From IMG/VR virus record IMGVR_UViG_3300034685_000230, positions 25,472 to 89,471 of that record: 64,000 bases of DNA; one strand, written 5' to 3'. Positions 57,823 through 64,000 of the stretch are shown here, in pieces. The first letter of the stretch is position 1; every line of letters begins with the position of its first letter. Under the pieces are notes generated by a model. It was not told the origin of the DNA. It did no database searches and saw only the letters and a list, made by a program, of their open reading frames with translations. The translations under genes and the position numbers were made by a program. This DNA is from a virus.

Positions 57823-60800
57823 ATGCCTATACCGGTTAAAAACTTGAACACGGCTCCGTATTACGACACCACGGAGCAGGAGTTAGCGAAGGGTTACTCT
57901 AAGTACCTAGCCGTTGAGGGTCAAGTCTTACAGAACAGGGAGCTCAACGTTGCCCAGGGGTTGATTCTAGGCAACGTTAAAAGAATAACGGACCTAATGA
58001 TAGACGACGGGTCAGTCGTTTCCGGGTGCAACTTTGTAAACAACAAGGAGAAGAAGATCTGCATTCTAGAGTCCGGAGAGGTGTACTTCAACGGTTTGCT
58101 AGTTAAGGTACCGTACACCGAGTGGTCGTACGCGTCGGTACCCTTAGGGATGGTCTACGTGTGCTTGGAAGTTTTACCGTACGTGTACACTGAGAGTGAC
58201 GACCCGTCGCTGTACGACCCGGCCGAAAACATAGAGAACTCCGGAGTTAGGGGCGGGCACAGGCTAAAGTACGAGGCAACCCCGCTGATTAAGACCGTAG
58301 CGGAGTTTGAGGCTGACGCTGAGTCGAACAGAAACATAATCGCTATAATTAAGCTAAGGGATAGGGACACGTTTGGTCCGATCAAGCCTACACCCATCTT
58401 CGGTAAGATTTACAAGCAGATGGCCGAGCGTACGTACGACGCGTCGGGGGACTTTATAGCGCGGGGTCTCAAAGTTAGTGCTCAAGTAAGCGACTACCCG
58501 GAGTACAAGTACAAGTTGGAGGTGTCGGAGGGGCGAGCGTACGTAAAGGGATTTAACTACACTTACAACAAGCCACAGTATTTTTTAGAGGACTTAGCTT
58601 TAGTCGTACGCTCCAACGAAGACTTACCGGAGACTAAGAGTTTTATCACCGGCGTAAGGTCTTACACGCTGAATAGAAAGTATATTAAGGCTGTCACAGA
58701 CGTTAACTCGTTTATTAAGATTTCCAACATTGACATGACCGGGTTCTCGCACAACGTTCTGACCGCACTCGCTGCCGAGCCGTACAAGATGGCGATTAGT
58801 AGAGTAGCGATAGCAAGCGTTGTAGTCAATGGTTACAGTACCGCTGACTACACGTTTAACCCTGCGACAAACATCATAGTATGGAACATTTCGTCACCAC
58901 CCTCTTCATACACCGTAAACGCGGACGTAAACGCGGACTTAGTGGAGAACGAAGACTACTACATAACAAAGAGTGAAGACACTAGTATTATAAACTTTAA
59001 GACTACAAACATGGTAAGGGACGACACGCAAACGTTCTCAGTAACGTACAGCTGGTTCTTGTCCCGCTACGACTTAGTTTACATTAAGGAAGACGGTTAT
59101 ATCGCCGTAAAAACTGGGATCCCAAATGAGTTAGAGTTAATCAAGCAGCCTAACGTTCCAGTCGGTACCCTACCCTTAGCGTACGTAAGAGTTGAGCCTG
59201 GTATATCACCCGAAAAGTTTGTCGTTGAAAGCTTTAACATATACAGCGTTCCGACAATCCAACTGCAGACGATGAAGAGAAAGATAAGCGACTTTGAGTA
59301 CAACTTTGCGATGACTGAGTTAGAGCAGATCGCACAGAGTAAGCACACGGAGTCGGACGATCTGTACAAGTTAAAGAACATATTCGCAGACGGGGTAACG
59401 GGGTACGGTAGGCTAGACTTAGACAACAGGCAGTTCGACGCGACCGTTGATGTTTTTAGGTCTGAAGTTAGGCTACCCATGATCATTGACCAAGTAAACG
59501 CTAGCGACGTTAGCTTTAGGAACGCGGATGGGACGGTTACCGCGGAGGAAATTCTACACCTTGACATAAGCTCGCATAAAGTAGCCGACTTTCAGCCGTA
59601 CATTACTCACAACATTGACATAGCCCCGTTCTACTACAAGGGACTGGTGCCTAAAATTACATGCGACCCTAAGAAGCTAAAGCACATAGAGGACTCTGTG
59701 ACTGACAAAGTTATATGGCTACCGAATAGAGTTATATACTCTAGTAGAACGGTTAACCGTTGGTCTACTACGACTGGTTCTCAGGCTGGAACTCGAACAG
59801 TTACAACATCGGTTAAGGAGTCAACGATTGTCGGTGAAGAGATCGTTGAGACTAAAAAGCAAGAGATAGACTTAGTCCCGCAGCCGTATATAAAGGCGGG
59901 TTCTATTTTAAAAGTAACCGGGGATGATTTTCCACCCGATACTGAAATAAGACTGTACTTAGATGAAAAAGTTATAACTCCGGAGTTTAGTGACCCAGAG
60001 CACAGTGACGCTACGGACGTGAGTTTAGACACGCTGGAGTATACTACTGAAACGAGTTTTTGGAAAACTTCTACGTGGAAGTGGGGAAAGCAGTGGTGGA
60101 ACGGTAAGTGGTACTGGAGATTCTGGCCACCCAGCTACGGTGACAAGGGAGTGTCACTATACTACGACGAGTCTGACGGCAACTGGTACTGGGAGAAGAG
60201 TGGTTTCGGTACTCTGATAGACGGAAGCGGTAAACTGACTGACGTTCCAGACTGGGTAAAGTGGTTAAGGAGATCTCCGTGGTGGACTTATTACTACAAC
60301 CAGCTAGCTGAGGGTGCATACAAAGAAATATTTAACTATATAAATACTAGGGAAGCGTTAACGCAGTTTGAATACGCTACCGGTTTTGAGGAGTCTAACG
60401 TTACTGTAGTTACTGACTGGAACGGACATTTTGCCGTAGAGATTAAGATTCCTGAAAACACACCGGTTGGAAAACATACCGTCGTTGCAGAGAGTGTGTT
60501 TCCTGAAAAGCTTAACCCTGATAGGTATTTTAACGCTTTTGACGAGTTTACTGGAGAGTCATACATACGACACTGGGTAAACGAGATATACATGAGGAAG
60601 GTAGAGAGAATAGAGGAGACTATTTATGTAGAGAGAATTACTACGGTACCACCACCGCGACCAGCCCGCCCAGTATGGTTCGAAACGGGTGGTAACGGTG
60701 GGTCTGACCCGGTTGCGCAGTCATTTTCCTTCAGCGATGATTTATTCTTAACTGGGATTGACGTTTACTTCTCCCACGTGTCGGTTGACCCAACCGCTAG

Positions 60801-61536
60801 AGCTTGGTTTAACATTAGAGAGACACTTAACGGGTACCCATCTGACCAAGTTATCTACCGCAAGGATATTAGTATCAGTGATATTAACACCCCTACTACT
60901 ACAAACCCATTTCCCGCTACGCACATAGCCTTTGACTACCCGGTGTACTGCGCGGCTGGAAAAGAATACGCGTTTACTATAGGGTGCAACGTAGACGGTT
61001 TTCGAATATTCTACGCGAAAATGGGTAACCGCGACTTGGTTACGAACGAACCTGTAGTCTACCAACCGCACTCGAGCGGGGTTATGTTTGTGTCTTCAAA
61101 CAACCGTACTTGGACCCCGGTACAAGATTCCGACATCGCTTACACGCTGTACAGGGCGGACTTTGACACTAGCGGTAAAACCTACTACGTGTACTTTGTC
61201 AACGAGAGCTGTGACAACACGGCAAACAACTTTAAGATATTAAACGTATCGATAGGCGACGTTGTCTTGGAAAACACCGACGTACTGTACGAGTACACTA
61301 TAACCGCTACAGCACCCGCAGCCTTTGACCCCGAGAGTGAGAAGTGGCAGGAGTTAAACATTGAGGAGATGTACGAGGTACCTACGTCTGACACGATGAA
61401 GCTGTACCTTAAGGTAACGCTGTCTAGCAGTGACTCAAAGGTTACCCCGGTTGTCAACACTAGCACGCTCGACGCTTTCTTTGCTAAGTACAAGACAGCG
61501 GGCTCGTACATTCTAGTTCCACTAAACATAGAATAG
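57823..61536 (+). CDS. large baseplate/tail structural protein (DUF4815-like)
   Basis: NTAPYYD, LQNRELN..Q, AERTYDASGDF, G.AYVKG, DPVAQSF, SSN.RTWT. Confidence 0.8.
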   Translation: MPIPVKNLNTAPYYDTTEQELAKGYSKYLAVEGQVLQNRELNVAQGLILGNVKRITDLMIDDGSVVSGCNFVNNKEKKICILESGEVYFNGLLVKVPYTEWSYASVPLGMVYVCLEVLPYVYTESDDPSLYDPAENIENSGVRGGHRLKYEATPLIKTVAEFEADAESNRNIIAIIKLRDRDTFGPIKPTPIFGKIYKQMAERTYDASGDFIARGLKVSAQVSDYPEYKYKLEVSEGRAYVKGFNYTYNKPQYFLEDLALVVRSNEDLPETKSFITGVRSYTLNRKYIKAVTDVNSFIKISNIDMTGFSHNVLTALAAEPYKMAISRVAIASVVVNGYSTADYTFNPATNIIVWNISSPPSSYTVNADVNADLVENEDYYITKSEDTSIINFKTTNMVRDDTQTFSVTYSWFLSRYDLVYIKEDGYIAVKTGIPNELELIKQPNVPVGTLPLAYVRVEPGISPEKFVVESFNIYSVPTIQLQTMKRKISDFEYNFAMTELEQIAQSKHTESDDLYKLKNIFADGVTGYGRLDLDNRQFDATVDVFRSEVRLPMIIDQVNASDVSFRNADGTVTAEEILHLDISSHKVADFQPYITHNIDIAPFYYKGLVPKITCDPKKLKHIEDSVTDKVIWLPNRVIYSSRTVNRWSTTTGSQAGTRTVTTSVKESTIVGEEIVETKKQEIDLVPQPYIKAGSILKVTGDDFPPDTEIRLYLDEKVITPEFSDPEHSDATDVSLDTLEYTTETSFWKTSTWKWGKQWWNGKWYWRFWPPSYGDKGVSLYYDESDGNWYWEKSGFGTLIDGSGKLTDVPDWVKWLRRSPWWTYYYNQLAEGAYKEIFNYINTREALTQFEYATGFEESNVTVVTDWNGHFAVEIKIPENTPVGKHTVVAESVFPEKLNPDRYFNAFDEFTGESYIRHWVNEIYMRKVERIEETIYVERITTVPPPRPARPVWFETGGNGGSDPVAQSFSFSDDLFLTGIDVYFSHVSVDPTARAWFNIRETLNGYPSDQVIYRKDISISDINTPTTTNPFPATHIAFDYPVYCAAGKEYAFTIGCNVDGFRIFYAKMGNRDLVTNEPVVYQPHSSGVMFVSSNNRTWTPVQDSDIAYTLYRADFDTSGKTYYVYFVNESCDNTANNFKILNVSIGDVVLENTDVLYEYTITATAPAAFDPESEKWQELNIEEMYEVPTSDTMKLYLKVTLSSSDSKVTPVVNTSTLDAFFAKYKTAGSYILVPLNIE

Positions 61537-61545
61537 GGTGATAGT

Positions 61546-63408
61546 ATGGCCTTTAACATTTTCTTTAAGAAGGGACGCTTGATTTGGGACGAGTACGTTC
61601 CGTCGATTCTAAGGAGCGACTCACTGACACCGAGTGTTAGCTTCGACAAGGGTTACTCTTGGATGAGTTTAGCTACTCAGGCTGCGAGCCTAAGGGAGGG
61701 TAGCGTTGTACACGGGGGGAATATAAAGGATCTAGGCAACGGTTTTAAGCAGGTAGACCTTAGCTTCACCTTCACACCGACGGCGGTACCCATGATAGCC
61801 GGCTACAGCCTAGAGCCGGACTCTACGTATGGATTAAACCCTGGAACGTACTACTTTGCCGCTGGGTGCATAAACTACGACACTCCGTGCATGAACATTT
61901 CAAATGGCGACAACTACTACGCAACCGGGCAGTTTTCAGTACCTGTATCAAAGTTAGTTAGGGTAGATATAGGAGCAAAGTCGAGAGTTAACCTATTTAT
62001 AAACTACCCGAAGTATACTCGAGGGTTGTGTGTATACTACGGTCAGCTAAGCGGTAGCACGGTAAGCCTCAAGTTATATCACGTTACTAACTTAGTCCAA
62101 CTGTTAGATAGTAGTATTACTGCTGAGTCTACCGAAACTATAGTTTTAAAGAATACCTACCCGTTTCCCGACAACGGGGTTGTAAAGATTGAGAGTGAGT
62201 ATATTAAGTACACTACGTGCAGCTGGAACGGAACAAGATGGCAGCTTACGGGGTTAACCCGCGGTTTATATAGTACTACTCCAGCAAACCACACCAACCC
62301 GTCGGGTGAAAATATACCGGTATATCTAGCAATGTATGAAAACGGTGGGTTATACGGAGAGATACCTGACAGAGTTTACGCTAGACCCCCTTTAGACTCA
62401 CGTTTAGTACAGTACTTAAACTTTGATACTACAGCACCTATAGACTTAGTAAATAGTGCGCGAGTAATTATTAAAGTAGGTGAAGTAAACTACTCTTCCT
62501 CGTGGACTATGCTGAGCAACAGCTTAAGACTGTCGGGTAAGGGGTACTTAAACTCGAACTGCAACTTAACTACTAGCGTAGTCGACGAGGGGTCCGTTCA
62601 CTTCTACATCTCCTTCGAGTCTTTCGTAGAGGGTGAGACTAGCGACCCGTACATCTTCGGGACAGCCGACGGTTCCGGACTGTGGATGAGGATCAGTAGG
62701 ATTACCAACAAGCCGTACTTCGGTGTCGGTAGCGTAACCGTAGTCGGTTCGGAGGACTTTAGAGTCCCCAGTCTGTCTAAGAACAGCTACGACAGGATAG
62801 GTTTAGCATGGAGAGTAAACAGTAAGGGCAACATGGTGTTTGACTTTACGGTAAACGGTTACTCGTTTATAACGGAATCAACACTGATTCCAAAGTTTAG
62901 CTCTAACAAAACAAACCGGTTTAACCCTGGAACACTCTTGATCGGTGGTATCTCACTTAGCCCTAATACGTCGTTCAACGGTTACATCGATGACTGGCGG
63001 ATATACAACTCAGCACTGACTCTAGATGAGTTTAACGCCATACACACCTACTTAATGTCAAAGCCTAACGTGTACTGTGGGAAGGTAACGGTAGACACTA
63101 ACTATAAAGACTTGTCCGGTTACAACGTTAATTTAGGGGACTACGAGCCATTGATTGACACGACTATTATTATAACCGTAGACGGGGGTAACAACTTCGG
63201 CGTGTACTACGACGACTGGCTCATGGAGAAACTACTGACGGACCCTACAATCTACTCTGGGGAAAGGATATCCTACCCGATTGAGTCAGACTCGATTCAA
63301 GTTAGGTTTGACATGCACGGGTACGACGTGTCCAACGAGTCTAGCGGGTACTACTCGCCGGTGCTAAAGAACATTTCCCTAATAATATCAGAGGAAAGCT
63401 TAGGTTAA
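61546..63408 (+). CDS. virion protein with LamG/ConA-like domain
   Basis: FNGYIDDWRIYNSALT motif. Confidence 0.7.
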   Translation: MAFNIFFKKGRLIWDEYVPSILRSDSLTPSVSFDKGYSWMSLATQAASLREGSVVHGGNIKDLGNGFKQVDLSFTFTPTAVPMIAGYSLEPDSTYGLNPGTYYFAAGCINYDTPCMNISNGDNYYATGQFSVPVSKLVRVDIGAKSRVNLFINYPKYTRGLCVYYGQLSGSTVSLKLYHVTNLVQLLDSSITAESTETIVLKNTYPFPDNGVVKIESEYIKYTTCSWNGTRWQLTGLTRGLYSTTPANHTNPSGENIPVYLAMYENGGLYGEIPDRVYARPPLDSRLVQYLNFDTTAPIDLVNSARVIIKVGEVNYSSSWTMLSNSLRLSGKGYLNSNCNLTTSVVDEGSVHFYISFESFVEGETSDPYIFGTADGSGLWMRISRITNKPYFGVGSVTVVGSEDFRVPSLSKNSYDRIGLAWRVNSKGNMVFDFTVNGYSFITESTLIPKFSSNKTNRFNPGTLLIGGISLSPNTSFNGYIDDWRIYNSALTLDEFNAIHTYLMSKPNVYCGKVTVDTNYKDLSGYNVNLGDYEPLIDTTIIITVDGGNNFGVYYDDWLMEKLLTDPTIYSGERISYPIESDSIQVRFDMHGYDVSNESSGYYSPVLKNISLIISEESLG

Positions 63409-63413
63409 CGACT

Positions 63414-63572
63414 ATGAAGAAGGTTAAGGATCTCAACACGGGAGTCATTAAGTACATTCCAGACGAGAGTGACATGACACTGCTCAAGCTGAGCAGCGAG
63501 CTTAAAAAAGTTAGTAAGAAGGTTAGAGAGTTAGAGGATAGAATTAACAGGCTAGAAGGTAGTGATACTTAG
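63414..63572 (+). CDS. small coiled-coil protein (52 aa, not in ORF track)
   Basis: MKKVKDLNTG...RELEDRINRLEGSDT*, coupled to the next gene. Confidence 0.55.
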   Translation: MKKVKDLNTGVIKYIPDESDMTLLKLSSELKKVSKKVRELEDRINRLEGSDT

Positions 63573-64000
63573 TGTCCCAGCAGATTAAGATTCTTAGGAA
63601 CCTCTCGGTACCAAACGTAGTAACGGACTTGGAGAACGTCCTAACGGATATATGCAACATCATCGAGCTTAAGCTGAACGACGCGGACCTTCTCGCGATG
63701 ACCGTCTCTGGGTCTCCCGATAGGAAGTGGCGCAGCATCAACGACATGGACGACGTTGACGCGGGTGACGCGGTAGACGGGGATGTTCTGCAGTGGAACG
63801 AGTCTACGAAGCAGTGGGAAGACGGTAGCTTAACTCTTGATGATTTAGATGATGTTGATACAAGCGGTGTAGAAGACGGGGATGTTCTGCAGTGGAACGA
63901 GTCTACGAAGCAGTGGGAAGACGGTAGCTTAACTCTTGATGATTTAGATGATGTTGATACAAGCGGTGTAGAAGACGGGGATGTTCTGCAGTGGAACGAG
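63572..64000 (+). CDS. tail-fibre-like protein, truncated by window end
   Basis: GTG start, open to the end of the window; LDDLDDVD...DGDVLQWN...W repeats. Confidence 0.7.
   Translation, partial: MSQQIKILRNLSVPNVVTDLENVLTDICNIIELKLNDADLLAMTVSGSPDRKWRSINDMDDVDAGDAVDGDVLQWNESTKQWEDGSLTLDDLDDVDTSGVEDGDVLQWNESTKQWEDGSLTLDDLDDVDTSGVEDGDVLQWNE
63776..64000 (+). repeat. exact 99-bp in-frame tandem repeat (at least 2.3 copies)
   Basis: Units begin at 63776, 63875 and 63974. Confidence 0.95.

Noticed and set aside
365-63747. Many 60-230 aa antisense ORFs in the supplied track
   Set aside because: They are shadows of well-supported genes on the opposite strand, Ser/Leu-rich and motif-free.
63776-64000. 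Diversity-generating retroelement TR/VR pair
   Set aside because: Copies are identical tandem units with no adenine-specific mismatches, and no reverse transcriptase is present in the window.

Overview
This 64-kb window is part of a large T4-like (myovirus-type) bacteriophage genome. From left to right it holds a head module (scaffold and major capsid protein), putative virion-packaged or host-takeover genes, and a minus-strand nucleotide-metabolism and replication arm (ThyX, family B polymerase, class II RNR, Dam, Ski2-like helicase, Rad50/Mre11, 5' nuclease, clamp, dCMP-hydroxymethylase-like enzyme, clamp loader). A 1.3-kb palindrome-rich non-coding strand-switch region follows, then sigma-like factor and DnaB genes, and a contractile tail/baseplate module. 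Highlights that the ORF track misses or only partly shows: (1) the capsid gene is split by three group I introns around 33- and 61-nt micro-exons and splices to 467 aa; (2) a MerR-HTH plus endonuclease cassette sits in the 3' end of dnaB, with a synonymously recoded C-terminus upstream and a second copy of that C-terminus stranded downstream; (3) two TnpB-less IS200/IS605 omega-RNA-like loci are present, one with its own perfect promoter upstream of a deaminase and an AcrIII-1-like (DUF1874) gene; (4) the RNR intein ends in Gln; (5) a probable -1 frameshift fuses a Hint-like domain to an M15A peptidase; (6) tandem perfect palindromes mark a likely origin. All family assignments come from motif recognition by eye; no database searches were run.
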